A stretch of DNA of 64,000 nt from Corallochytrium limacisporum Hawaii. Lineage: Eukaryota; Protista; Pluriformea. Numbering within the stretch: the stretch's first letter is position 1; each line of letters starts with the position of its first letter. Under the pieces are notes generated by a model that worked only from the letters and a program-made list of their open reading frames with translations, was not told where the DNA came from and ran no database searches. A program made the translations under genes and the position numbers. The stretch covers positions 45,360 through 109,359 of the forward strand of contig PDIP01000108.1 in NCBI GenBank assembly GCA_002811645.1. The letters are read 5' to 3'. Shown here piece by piece: positions 35,500-46,688 of this stretch.

Positions 35500-37071
35500 A
35501 TGAGTGTTGCGTTGTCGATGCGCCGTGGTCTGGTCCTCGGCGCAATGGCTGCTGTCGTCTACGACTCAAGTGTCGGCGACAAGAAGATTCCGCGCACCTG
35601 CCGGGTATACTACAATGGATTCAAGACATTGGTAGACTACAAATTCTTTTACGATCCGGAGAAGCTGCATGACATTCACCTGCGAACGGCACAGCGCCTA
35701 TACGACGTCTGTACCAAAAATGGAGGTCTGTACATTAAATTTGGACAAGCTGTGAGCAGCATGAACCACGTTTTACCGTTGGAATATCGCAAGATCTTGC
35801 ACGGCCTGCAGGATAAGGCGCCGTCTGTCCCCTATGAGGACGTGGAGAAGATATTTAGGGAAGAATTCAATGGCAAAACCCCAGGAGATTTGTTCGTTTC
35901 CTTCGAAAAAGAACCAATTGCCAGTGCTTCGATTGCGCAGGTTCACCGGGCAGTGACACGCGACGGCGAGCGTGTTGCAGTGAAGGTCCAGAAACCATAC
36001 ATCCGCCCGCAGTTTCCCTATGACATTTGGGGTTTCAAGGTTACGTGCAGTGTGCTCGAATGGGCTTTCGATCTCCCCATGGTTTGGATCACAAAGACAA
36101 GCGAATACCATCTACGCAAGGAGTGTGATTTCCGAAACGAAGCCGACTATGGTGAACGGGCGGCCAAGGATTTGCAGGAATTAGACGCGAAGCGTTACTA
36201 TGTGCCCAAGGTACGCCGAGATCTGAGCTCGTCGCGTATCCTGACTGCGGAATGGATCGACGGGGCCAAATTTACGGACCGCGAAGTGATCGAGGGCGAT
36301 TATGGCTTTGATGTCGGTAAGATTACACAAGCGATGGTGGAATGCATTGCGTACCAGATCTTTGTCTGTGGCTTCACGCACGCAGACCCACACCCAGGAA
36401 ACCTGATAGTGCGACCTCAACCTGGCAATCCGCGCGACTTCCAGCTCGTCCTGATTGACCACGGGCTGTACGTAGAGAGTAGCGAGACATTCCGTCGTGA
36501 GTACTGCGAGTTGTGGAAGGCAATTTTTGAGCTGGACTCTGCTGTCTATGGAAGGATTTGCGAGTCGTGGGGTGTGGCAGACAGTGATCTTTTTGCCAGT
36601 CTCCAACTCATGCGTCCATTCACTCCGTCCAAGGGTGTCCACCAATCAAAGCCGACGAGGGCGGAAATGGCAGAAATGCAGATGAAGGCCAAGGAACGCA
36701 TCAAACATCTCTTGGCAGATACTGAGAAGGTGCCCCGAGAGCTAGTTTTCGTGGGAAGGGCCATGAATTACGTTCGTGCGAACAATAAGGACATGGGATC
36801 TCCAGTCAATCGCATTTCTGTTATGGTTAAGTATGCAGTCAAGGGTCTGAACAAGGATGGCAGTGTCACCATGGGCTGGATTCAGCGCGTCACTTTCAAT
36901 CTGCGTCTGTTGGCCATCTCGGTGCTCTACCATGCCGCACAATTCTACCGCAGCGTGAACCATGTGGTCTTTGGCGTCGAGACGGGCGGCTATGAAGAGA
37001 TGATCGACGCGGCCATGAAGAACTCGTTCGAGCGTGAATTTGGTGTGGAGATCGAAGAGGACATTGGTTAA
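35500..37071 (+). CDS. ABC1/UbiB atypical kinase (ADCK1/ADCK5/Mcp2-like)
   Basis: YIKFGQ (KxGQ), SASIAQVH, VAVKVQ, HADPHPGN and LIDHG. Confidence 0.92.
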   Translation: MSVALSMRRGLVLGAMAAVVYDSSVGDKKIPRTCRVYYNGFKTLVDYKFFYDPEKLHDIHLRTAQRLYDVCTKNGGLYIKFGQAVSSMNHVLPLEYRKILHGLQDKAPSVPYEDVEKIFREEFNGKTPGDLFVSFEKEPIASASIAQVHRAVTRDGERVAVKVQKPYIRPQFPYDIWGFKVTCSVLEWAFDLPMVWITKTSEYHLRKECDFRNEADYGERAAKDLQELDAKRYYVPKVRRDLSSSRILTAEWIDGAKFTDREVIEGDYGFDVGKITQAMVECIAYQIFVCGFTHADPHPGNLIVRPQPGNPRDFQLVLIDHGLYVESSETFRREYCELWKAIFELDSAVYGRICESWGVADSDLFASLQLMRPFTPSKGVHQSKPTRAEMAEMQMKAKERIKHLLADTEKVPRELVFVGRAMNYVRANNKDMGSPVNRISVMVKYAVKGLNKDGSVTMGWIQRVTFNLRLLAISVLYHAAQFYRSVNHVVFGVETGGYEEMIDAAMKNSFEREFGVEIEEDIG

Positions 37072-37172
37072 AGAAAGTGACAATGATATAGATTTACAAT
37101 GAGCAGTGGTCTCTGTATTTCAGACTATTTCTTTATATGTAAGTTTCTTCATAAGACTGAGCTTGATTTCGA

Positions 37173-39185
37173 CTAAGCGGCTTGTTGATGTCCTTGAGTC
37201 TTTGCCCATTCACGATGGAACGAGGTTCGAATGCGTGCGGCGCGATCACTGATGAACAGATTCTCAATATGCCAGTCGCTGCCACACAATGAGGCTACAA
37301 AGTTGTCAATGTTCTTTTTAACAAAAGTATGTGTCATGCGCACCATGGGAGCTGTGCCATCAAACGCTTGTACGGCACCCACAGCGGCTTCCACCCTTTC
37401 AGTACCGCAACTGTTTTGCACCGATGTCATTACCTGTTCCCTGAGTAGGTCGTTTTCCATTACATTTCGAAGACAACTGGCATGGAAAAATCCTCGAAGG
37501 ACATCGCTAGCTGTGGCATCCTCGGTGAACCAAACGGCCACCTGGGGCTTACTGACCTTGGTACGCCCTGGTACTGGGAGGACCATGTCGATTGCGTACG
37601 GTTCGGGGTGGTTTAGGTTTGAGTTTGTGAGGATGCGCTCCAGGATTTCTGGCTGCACACCCCGACCGTAAGTTTCCTCCGTGTACTTCAGCAGTCCAGG
37701 CTCTAATCGCAAATTGGACCTGCCAAACATGGACTTGTAAGCCCACACGAAGGTTTCCTGGTCTGCCACCTCACTGACGGTGGGCATGGCGTTTCTTGCG
37801 ATACGCTGCATCTGTTCGTTGTGCCCGTCATCGAGCAACCATTTGCAGAAGGCATCTGGCTCATGCCGGCTCCACTTAGCATGCTTTGCGCTGGTACCGT
37901 GCATTTCCCGCTTAATCTTGCTTTCCTGCTGCCTCGGGTGGGGTCCTTCACGGACGCAATTAAAGTATGTATCGAGGGCCCGCTCTGCCCTTTGCAAATT
38001 CAATGTGTTCATGCGGATGAGTTCGTTGGATCGATAGTTGCCATACACAGTCAGCAAGGCCAAAGGCACAAATGAAGCCATGACATTTGGCGTTGCAGAT
38101 CCAATCATTGGGCTCACGAGTACCCCCAAACCAGTTCCCAAAAGCGATGCTGCTATTGCCTGTGATGTGAACTTTGCAGTGATGTCACCCAAGTTGTCCC
38201 GGAGTGCAAAGCTTTGATTCATCGGAGCCCTCGTGGCACTAGAAGCCAACCAACTGATGTTCTTCATGATATTACTAACACTGGCCATGAAAAGAAACAT
38301 GTTAGGGACCAAGGGAGTCAAAATCTCCAGCAAAGTGGCCAGCTGCAGCATGGTATTCGCCTGGAAACGGAGACGTTTGGGGTCACTGTCAAAGCGATTG
38401 TTCATAAATGCAGCGTACAACACTCCTCCCAGTTGCCCCATGCCATCTTTGAATATCCAGTTCACCGCGGCCGCCATAGGCACTGCGCCTTTACCCATTC
38501 CCACCGCAAAGAGCAAAGCTTGAGTGCTCAACACCCCTGCCATCGTGCCAAATAGGACCTGTACAAACTGCCACTTGGCGTAGGGCAAGTAGTTGTTGGG
38601 CACGGACTGCGGGTAGCCCAATGGCAGGAACGTGACCCAGAAAGTACGCTCCGCCTGAATTATAGACCGAGCTGTCTTCGATTTTGGATGTCTCAGCAGC
38701 TTACCACCCCCCTCCATGGTTGGGTACCCCTGGAACCACATGAACAAGCGCTCCATATAGGATGGCACCTTTGCCACGTCTTGCTTCTCCTCCCGTACGC
38801 GCTCAAAGTCTAGGATTCGCTGGGCTGTCGGTATGGATCCAGCCTCCACTGAATTCGATGTGTTCTCCACCTTGCCCGTCTGTGCTGCACGGATGGTCAT
38901 CCAAATGTCTTGTTGTCCCCGGTTCTGCTGGCGCGCCGTGAGACGAGAGCCAGCATCTTTGCTGAAGAACGACCACTGCAAGCTACCGTGAGGGTTATTT
39001 GAGTACTTTGTTAAGCCCTCACTGAGTTGTTTTCCCAACGAGTTTGTCTCTTGGCTTTGGCGAAGCTGGCGCGCAGTACTCAACCAATGACGTGTTTGTA
39101 CAAGGGTTTTCCCCAGTGGGAGTCTGCGGGATCCCACTCTCGTCCGCAAGAAGCAGGGTGTCACCGCTCCGATCAAAAACCACAT
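37173..39185 (-). CDS. RUS1/DUF647 family protein
   Basis: FLPLGYPQSV..NYLPYAKW, STQALLFAVG, WIFKDGMGQLG, FDSDPKRLRF and NLGDITAK; Arg-rich presequence-like N-terminus. Confidence 0.9.
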   Translation of the reverse strand: MWFLIGAVTPCFLRTRVGSRRLPLGKTLVQTRHWLSTARQLRQSQETNSLGKQLSEGLTKYSNNPHGSLQWSFFSKDAGSRLTARQQNRGQQDIWMTIRAAQTGKVENTSNSVEAGSIPTAQRILDFERVREEKQDVAKVPSYMERLFMWFQGYPTMEGGGKLLRHPKSKTARSIIQAERTFWVTFLPLGYPQSVPNNYLPYAKWQFVQVLFGTMAGVLSTQALLFAVGMGKGAVPMAAAVNWIFKDGMGQLGGVLYAAFMNNRFDSDPKRLRFQANTMLQLATLLEILTPLVPNMFLFMASVSNIMKNISWLASSATRAPMNQSFALRDNLGDITAKFTSQAIAASLLGTGLGVLVSPMIGSATPNVMASFVPLALLTVYGNYRSNELIRMNTLNLQRAERALDTYFNCVREGPHPRQQESKIKREMHGTSAKHAKWSRHEPDAFCKWLLDDGHNEQMQRIARNAMPTVSEVADQETFVWAYKSMFGRSNLRLEPGLLKYTEETYGRGVQPEILERILTNSNLNHPEPYAIDMVLPVPGRTKVSKPQVAVWFTEDATASDVLRGFFHASCLRNVMENDLLREQVMTSVQNSCGTERVEAAVGAVQAFDGTAPMVRMTHTFVKKNIDNFVASLCGSDWHIENLFISDRAARIRTSFHREWAKTQGHQQAA

Positions 39186-39859
39186 TATTCAATTTCAGAT
39201 AGCACTAACATTGTCTACCAGAATAGTACAAGAGCCTGCATGTAGTCCAACATGGCACATGTATCACTTGCGTCTCACTCCAAAACACCCGGGTTGTGGG
39301 GACAGATCCTGGGGTAAATGTCTGCACATGTGCCAGGTACACGGTCAGTGTCAAAAACATAAACACGTCTGTCCGTCATTTACTAAATTGTTTCCTGATA
39401 TACCACTCCACGTTCGATCCTGTTCTTGTCAAGTCACCCGGTCTCATGCGAGAGGCCTCGGACCGTGACGTCAAGAGCCGAACCATCCGCGCACACTCGG
39501 CCCCTCCCTGGTCAGCACCACCACCGCAGCCTCCACCTTCCCACCCGCCGAACCAGGGAATTGGCTCGCTCACCCGTCCTGTCTCTTACCCACAGTGGGC
39601 TCCGTCGCAGTACTTTCACTATTGAAATTCATTCCCGTATAGGTGGGCGGAGTCAATATTGAATAGTCCCAATATATAAACAAGTTTGACATATACATGA
39701 GGATTTATATACGAATGCTACAATGATTGAATGATGAATGGATGGAGGGATGGATGGTAAGATACTATGGATCGGACGAGACGAAGAATGTAAGAAATGT
39801 TGCGATGAATGGATGGACGAATCGATGATGGTAGTTGTGCTCAGGGATTCTACTTTCAC

Positions 39860-40837
39860 TTACCCTGTTGTGTTGACGTTACCGAGCACAATCTGCTTGT
39901 GCCACCAAATCATTGACTCAAGGAATATTATGGACCCGATAAGAATACAGAGGTGCCAAAGTTGGTGGCTCGCGAACAGAATGTCAAAGTGACCCGGTGA
40001 CTTGCATTCAGGGAACTTAGAGTGCCAGAACCAGAATCCTACTCCGTAGAAGATGAACATGGCAATAAGCATGGCAATTAATTCCCCGTTGAATTGATTA
40101 AAGGGCGCCTCCTCGACCAGCCACACAATGAAGGGCAGGATGGTGGATGCGACGCTGCTGACGTATACGGGCTTCCGAACCTTATCAAAGAAAGGAGGGT
40201 CCCAGACGGTCAAGACGATGAGGATGGAAAATTGTATGGCGAAGAAGATAACAAAGAATCTCTGCCAGAAAGTGTAGTTATAGAAACCGTAATAGACACC
40301 CAACAGGAAGAATGCCATGACATTGATCATAATGCCTGTGTAGTCCAGCTTCAAGAGATGGTAGTACTGCTCAGCCCCAGTACTCTTAAATAAGTGATAT
40401 GTGGCACTGGATGCAAAGCAAATGATAGCCGCGAAAGCAGCAGCTGTATAGATCCATTTGTTTGTGGGTCCAATATGGCTATCGTGGTAGCCGCTGACCA
40501 GCAATCCGATTTGTATACCAAAGATAATGATGCCAAGAACATGACTCCACACATTCAAGGTTTCGTTGTGGATTCGAAACAGACTCTTCCAGCTTTCTTT
40601 GACGTTGTAGTTTGTCCGATACCCAGTGCGGATATATTCGTTATCCTTCAGCCATTCGTGAGTCTCGTCATATGTGGCCAAGAATGGATCCTTAGTATGA
40701 CCCAATTTCGTGGGTTCAGGGCCTTTCTCTCCCTCAATCTTATCGGTCTTGCCGGACTCAAGATCAATGTCGCTAATGCGCTGTTCCCCTGAATCCACCG
40801 ACGGAGACTGCGACAATGTTGATGGTGGTAGTGACAT
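39860..40837 (-). CDS. PAQR family membrane protein (AdipoR/Izh/HlyIII)
   Basis: WLKDNEYIRTGYR, HNETLNVWSH, SATYH, LDYTGI, PE..PG.FD, SHQLWH; seven TM helices. Confidence 0.95.
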   Translation of the reverse strand: MSLPPSTLSQSPSVDSGEQRISDIDLESGKTDKIEGEKGPEPTKLGHTKDPFLATYDETHEWLKDNEYIRTGYRTNYNVKESWKSLFRIHNETLNVWSHVLGIIIFGIQIGLLVSGYHDSHIGPTNKWIYTAAAFAAIICFASSATYHLFKSTGAEQYYHLLKLDYTGIMINVMAFFLLGVYYGFYNYTFWQRFFVIFFAIQFSILIVLTVWDPPFFDKVRKPVYVSSVASTILPFIVWLVEEAPFNQFNGELIAMLIAMFIFYGVGFWFWHSKFPECKSPGHFDILFASHQLWHLCILIGSIIFLESMIWWHKQIVLGNVNTTG

Positions 40838-41143
40838 GACTATGTCTTCTATACATACCTACCCCCTGCTCCGATGTCTGTCAGCGCGCTTCAGCAAGTG
40901 ATCGACACCGTTTCCACGGCTCAAGTACCCGTACACATTCTACTGCTAATCTTAGTGTCTGTGGCAGAAATATGCACGTCAGGGCCTACGATGATTAAGC
41001 AGACATCACAGATCGTGTGCGTTTCGAATTCTGTCCGGTCGCGAAGACCGGCAATGGTGCCAACCAAGCTGCACAAGAGACTTGGTGCTGAAACGCGCAA
41101 GAACCCACGGCGCTTTTTTCCTTCCCCCCCCCTTCCCGTTCCC

Positions 41144-41388
41144 NNNNNNNNNNNNNNNNNNNNNNNNNNNNNNNNNNNNNNNNNNNNNNNNNNNNNNNNN
41201 NNNNNNNNNNNNNNNNNNNNNNNNNNNNNNNNNNNNNNNNNNNNNNNNNNNNNNNNNNNNNNNNNNNNNNNNNNNNNNNNNNNNNNNNNNNNNNNNNNNN
41301 NNNNNNNNNNNNNNNNNNNNNNNNNNNNNNNNNNNNNNNNNNNNNNNNNNNNNNNNNNNNNNNNNNNNNNNNNNNNNNNNNNNNNNNN
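41144..41388. other. Assembly gap flanked by C-rich tracts
   Basis: Run of N. Confidence 0.99.
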
Positions 41389-42603
41389 CCCTCCCCACCC
41401 CCTTCCCTCTGCCCGGAGGGCGCCGCCGTAGTAGCAGTAGTACTTAGTACCCGCCAAGAGTAAACCGCATCCGTCCGCACTTCAATGGCTCTGCCCCGTG
41501 GGTGGCGAACACGACCATTGGAGATGACCGCGACTCACGGGGACAGCTTGCTTTGCCCTGAGTTGCCCAACATTTTACTCTTTGTCCGTTTCCCCTTTTG
41601 AAGAATTTTTAGATATTGTTTGGACTACCGACGGTCCCGTTGCTTCCTGACGCGACAGGAGTTGTCAACTGATACAGAACGTACGAACAATGTACCGAAG
41701 CGGTGGGCTGACTTTTGCAACCGTTGGGGGTTCCGCGACGAAGAAAAGAAAACGGGCCCATCTCTCTGGTCCACCGCCAATTTTCCTAGTCAATCTACCG
41801 GAGATCTTTGTTGCTTCCTGTTCCGACAGTACGGACCCCCTTAAATTCGGTTTTATACGCCCACACCGAACCCGTTCCAAACAATGGCTGCCAGTTAATT
41901 AGTTTTACACTAAACTGAACATCAAGAGTCAGACTGCAAGACATGGTCAACAATCCACAACATCTCTGCCACGCAGAAAGAGCACTTTGAAAAGCATCTC
42001 GGACCCCTTCGAAAGGCAAGACAACTCCAAACTGACTGTGATCGTAACCTGCCTATTCTGGAGGCAACTGGCCAAAGTTTCCATAACAGGCAGCGGTCTG
42101 CACCGTGGTTGGGCCGAGGAATTTTCCAACCTACACCGCTCGCTCACCCAACGCTTCGCCTTTTAAATTCTTTGTACGCCATTCTTCTTTAGATTTTGCG
42201 GTTGGCCCTTATTTTCCCGGGAAACCTCGTAAGCGCGCACGCGAACACGCTCGCCCCCCCCCCCCGCTGCCCTTCCATTTTCAGCGATGCTCTGAGAATT
42301 TGCGTGCGGAGGAGCGACAAGCATCTGCGCAGGAGTCAATGCTGAGCCGCCCAAGGATCAAATTGTGATGCTCACCAAGCTCACACTTGCATGATCGTTG
42401 TTAAGTTTACATCTATGCTCTTGACGTAAATTGAAAGCGGTGCATGATGAACGATGGTCTCAGTGGAGTCCCGAAGAGCACCACCACCAGGCTTACCCTG
42501 CCCGCATTGGTCGCACACCCACCTTACCAATTACCTGAAAGCCCTAATAAAACTTATTTCATTAATTGAATTAGCTGACTAGCGATCCGTGTTTCTGCAG
42601 TAA

Positions 42604-42963
42604 GTAAGTAGAATCCCGGCCAATACATTCAGGAGGGGCACTAGGTCAAAGGCTGCGGCTCTTGGCCTTCGAGGTCGTCCACCTCTGTCACATGGGTCTT
42701 TGGGGGGACCCCGGTCCGGTTGTACGGTGGTAATATACTACGCAACGTGACAGAAACTCGCACTGGAGTGTGACCGTTTGCTTCTTCGATAAAAGGCGGC
42801 TATGCTTCTCCCTGTTTATTCGATAGCTTACCTTTCTGTTGGAGGACGTTCAATTGGATCATATGCTTGGCCTTTAGTGCATTCGCAAAGCAACACGTGG
42901 TATTTGGATCACCACTGACAAGTGACGAACTAGAGAACCCGAGTTCTATTCTGACTGTTGCAG
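42604..42963 (+). other. Putative 5'UTR intron upstream of CHCHD5
   Basis: GTAAGT at 42604 (also at 42600) and TCTGAC-TGTTGCAG| ending 36 nt before the ATG. Confidence 0.45.
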
Positions 42964-42999
42964 TTTATTAAGTAAAAGGTCCCGACGCCAAAAATAAAA

Positions 43000-43356
43000 A
43001 TGGACGAAATTATTGCCGCTGTGCAGTATAGCTGTGCAGACGAGTTGGCCAAGTTTCAGCAATGTGTTGAGGCCAGCAAGGATGACTGGAATGAGAAGTG
43101 CGCTGTGCAGCAACAGAATCTAGCCGACTGCTCGAATCGGGTGGTGAAACCCCTGTTGGAGGTGCGCCAGCGCTGTAAAGACAAGTACCAGGCCTACCTG
43201 ACATGTGTGGAGAACTCGGGCAAGAGCATAGACGACATGAATGCGGCTGATCAGGATGTCTTTGAGAAGGTTTGCCCTAAGGAGTTGGAAGCTTTCCGGA
43301 CCTGTGCCGACGGCGTGCTTAAGGAGTTCGAAATGGCTCGGGAACAGACCAAGTAA
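43000..43356 (+). CDS. CHCHD5: Four-CX9C mitochondrial intermembrane-space protein (CHCHD5/Mix14-like)
   Basis: CADELAKFQQC, CAVQQQNLADC, CKDKYQAYLTC and CPKELEAFRTC; AAAATG start context. Confidence 0.85.
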   Translation: MDEIIAAVQYSCADELAKFQQCVEASKDDWNEKCAVQQQNLADCSNRVVKPLLEVRQRCKDKYQAYLTCVENSGKSIDDMNAADQDVFEKVCPKELEAFRTCADGVLKEFEMAREQTK

Positions 43357-44434
43357 GGGACATCAAGCAGGTTGTCGAAACACATCGTTGCACAAGCATA
43401 TGGCATGTACATTATCGCATCGCGTTAAAATCAAGAAAAGTTGATAAAGAACATATACAAACTACCAAATTCCATCGTCAAGCTGACAACCGTGCACAAA
43501 CCGTAAGAATCACACCATTTGCTTTGCCTCGTTCCGCCATCGGCGGCTTGGAGAGTCCCATACCAACCAACTGTCACCCAAAGCAAGAGATGGAAGATGT
43601 TGGACTCACCAGAGGCCAGCCCGTGATTCCCAGGCAAATCGTCATCGCCGATGGCACAGATCCGGAGCGCAAACGAGTTTTTCTTTCTTCGCTAACCCCA
43701 TTTTAATATACGTCCCTGCCCTAACTTTCACTAAAAATTCCCCCGGGAGCGAGAGCGACATCGGTGCCGGTCGTCTTAGTTCAAAATATTACACAGTCCA
43801 GTGACCCAAGCGCAACAATTCCTCCCCCCCCCCCAACACACACAGAGACACACACACACAAAACTGCGTGAAGAGCAAATTGGCGGCGTATACGCAATTA
43901 CGTAGGTTCATGACTGGATATTCGCGGACACACTTATAATACATACCTCCACCACACAACAAAGGGTTTGCCCATGGCACCAGAAATAGTCAGAAAATTC
44001 CTCCACGCAGCACAAGAAAAACTTTCCGCACGGAGGAAATAGGGGAAGGGCAGGCAGGGAGGCAGGCAGCCCCTGCAACCCTCAACCGACGGATCCCCCC
44101 TTTCCTTCCCCGAAAATTCTTTTCACTTCCGTCTCGATCCGCGGTGTCACCATTGCTGCATTAATTAGGAACATTAGATACTGAAGTTGTAATGAGGAAG
44201 ACCTGGGGACGTATCAGATACGCCCATCCTTAGACGGGATCAGGAGGTCCAGGAAAATTCAGTGTACTTTCTATAGCGATCCGAAGCTGGGAGGGAAGGG
44301 GTGGGGGTCCACGGGTGACGAAAGAGAGCGGGACAGGCCAGCCAGTAAGGAAAGGGGGGATTCGGTTTTGGGCTACACACCAACACACACCGGGCGGAAA
44401 ACAATTGGTAACAAATCAAAAGGGAGAGAGAGAG

Positions 44435-44483
44435 ACAGGGACAGGGACAGGAATAAAAGGGACAGGGACAGGGACAGGGACAG
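44435..44483 (+). repeat. (GGGACA)n hexamer array, potential G-quadruplex
   Basis: acagggacagggacag-gaataaaa-gggacagggacagggacagggacag. Confidence 0.85.
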
Positions 44484-45344
44484 AGAGAGAGGGGGGAGGG
44501 GCGGGTTGAGAAGCCGTAGGCACCCCCAAAGAAAACAAACACACACACCCAAACAGCGAGAATGTTCGAAGCGGGCCCCCCCCCGGGGGGGGGGGGGGGC
44601 AGGCTGTGTGTTTGTTGTGATGCGCGCCCAAAAGATAACCGCCTCTGCGGTGGTTGTTGGTTACCCCGTGCCCGCGGTGGTGGATTTCTGGGGAGGGAGC
44701 GGTGGTTGTGTTGTGGCCTTTTCCCTTTTTTAATTTTTTTCGTTGGGCGAAAAAGCGGAGGCCGGTTTTCTTCTTATTTTTGGGAGGGGAGGGGGTGCTC
44801 CCCCTTTTTGCGCTAGGAAAAAAATGGAGCCCAGTTCAGCCCCCCTTTTTTCCATTTTTTTTTCTCTCCTTCGCGGCCTCTCTTCCTTCCCCACTGGTCG
44901 CCTGCTCCATTTTCCTTTCCGTCCAACCACCTCCCGCCCCGCGCCTAAGGAAAAAAGGGGAGGTGGGGGACGGGTGACGGGATTGGGACGCCGAGGGGAT
45001 CGGCCGTTTCCCTTTTTACTTTTCTTGGCGGCTCAAAAGGCCAGTGCTCGGTGGCATTTTTCCTTTGGGCCTTTGGGGTGAGCAGTGGTGACGGTGTCGC
45101 GGGGGCCTGTGTGAAGGTTGGTTGCTCTCGATCTCCGAGTTCGCTGTGTGACTTGCTCCGTGGATAATTTTGACGTAACAGTGGTGCGGTTTCGACAGGT
45201 GCGAGCCCTGAGTTGTTTGCCCTCGCTTGTCTCGGGTATTTGCTCCTCTCTGAGAGACTGTGAGGTTCATAAGACACTTGTCACTGATCCCAACTGGTAC
45301 TTGGGAAATGTCGGGTCAGTCTCAATGGACCTTAACCAAAGTCA

Positions 45345-45446
45345 GTAAGCTAAAGCGTAGAGACTTTCACATATGGGGTGAATAGAGAGTTGGAACAGTA
45401 TGTAGGCATCCAGCACATCACAAAAGACAACTCACTAAAGCTACAG
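45345..45446 (+). other. Putative 5'UTR intron upstream of the EF-hand gene
   Basis: GTAAGC ... CACTAAA-GCTACAG| ending 19 nt before the ATG. Confidence 0.4.
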
Positions 45447-45465
45447 ACCCACCCACTACAAGACC

Positions 45466-46530
45466 ATGGGAAATTCGGTGCGGAAACAGGAGCTTAAGGA
45501 AGCTCGCAGTGAAAAGAACATCCGCTTTACCGAGAGAGAGCTGAAGGAGCTGCAAAAGCATTTCCATGCTGCAGCTGGACCGGGCAACAGATTGAGCCGC
45601 AAAGATTTCTTCAGTATCATGCGCACAGTTGTGAGTCATGGCTGGAGTGAGGATAACCTCTTCCTCAGCCGACTCTTTGCTGCATTTGATGAAGACAATG
45701 ACGGCACCATTGACTTTATGGAATTCATCAAAGGGTTCAATGTGTTTTTGAAGGGATCATTCGACGAAAAGCTTGAGCTGACTTTCAAACTTATCGATGT
45801 GAACCGCAATGACCACCTCGACCGGGACGAATTCTTCAAGATCCTACAGGACATGTACCAGACTCTCAGCATCATTGGCCATGATGAAAAGACTTGGGCA
45901 ACCATTACGGGCTCTAGCATGTCACCGGGTACCCAGAGTATGCAAAATGCAGACATCAGTCCTGAGGACAGGGACGAAATGCTCCATGATTTGATCGAGC
46001 GCATCTTCCAGGACCTGGACATTAACAATGACAACCAGATAAGTATCGCAGAGTTCCGATTACTGGCAATTAAGGAGCCAATGCTACTCGATTTTATTAG
46101 TAATGCTGTGCCGGAAGACTCCTTCCCGTCACCGTCTCCAGGTTCTCCACAGTCTCTCCGCGGCACCGGTGCTAGTATGGGACATGCTTTGCACTCCGAA
46201 ACCCTTAATCCCCAAAATCCATACGCCGTCTCCGGGAAACTATCGGACCCTTCTTCGGGGGAAATCGGTGGACATCACTCAGAGAATTCGACATCGGCTC
46301 GCACTTCGATGGCACGACGGTCGAGCGTAGGCAATGAGGGACAGCCGCTGCTACGTGCCATTTCTGGTCCCGCCGGTGACGGCAAGTGCTACCGTACAGT
46401 GCCTCTATCCGGCTCTGCTGTGGCCGCAGCAGCGGCCCAGCCTGGCGGGAATCGAAAGCCGGCAGATATCCGCAGTCCTTCGCGAACTACGCCAGAACAG
46501 GATGTCAGTCCACGTAAGCTTTCTTCATAA
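45466..46530 (+). CDS. N-myristoylated EF-hand calcium sensor (NCS/frequenin/calcineurin-B-like) with a Ser/Pro-rich tail
   Basis: MGNS start, FTERELKELQKHF, and EF loops DEDNDGTIDFME, DVNRNDHLDRDE and DINNDNQISIAE. Confidence 0.88.
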   Translation: MGNSVRKQELKEARSEKNIRFTERELKELQKHFHAAAGPGNRLSRKDFFSIMRTVVSHGWSEDNLFLSRLFAAFDEDNDGTIDFMEFIKGFNVFLKGSFDEKLELTFKLIDVNRNDHLDRDEFFKILQDMYQTLSIIGHDEKTWATITGSSMSPGTQSMQNADISPEDRDEMLHDLIERIFQDLDINNDNQISIAEFRLLAIKEPMLLDFISNAVPEDSFPSPSPGSPQSLRGTGASMGHALHSETLNPQNPYAVSGKLSDPSSGEIGGHHSENSTSARTSMARRSSVGNEGQPLLRAISGPAGDGKCYRTVPLSGSAVAAAAAQPGGNRKPADIRSPSRTTPEQDVSPRKLSS

Positions 46531-46688
46531 GACGAAGGCCCTCTCTGGTTCTTGTCGATAGTCCCATCGAGTGATGATTCAGACATGAGTTGGACCATGA
46601 ATAAAACATACTTTTAATGTACAAATACATTCACATGCTTGATATGCTTGAGGAAAGAACATCCCTGAGACCAAAGCTCCGTCGCATT

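Noticed and set aside
5360-39223. TTCTGGTAGACA upstream of both the RecQ and RUS1 ATGs (GTAGACA before MED15)
   Set aside because: Only two full copies; not enough to call a motif.
42444-42538. ATGATGA...CTGA as a C/D snoRNA
   Set aside because: No terminal stem and no convincing rRNA-complementary guide.
42823-42920. CTTACCT...GATCA...TGCA as U1 snRNA
   Set aside because: Spacing and stems are incompatible with U1.
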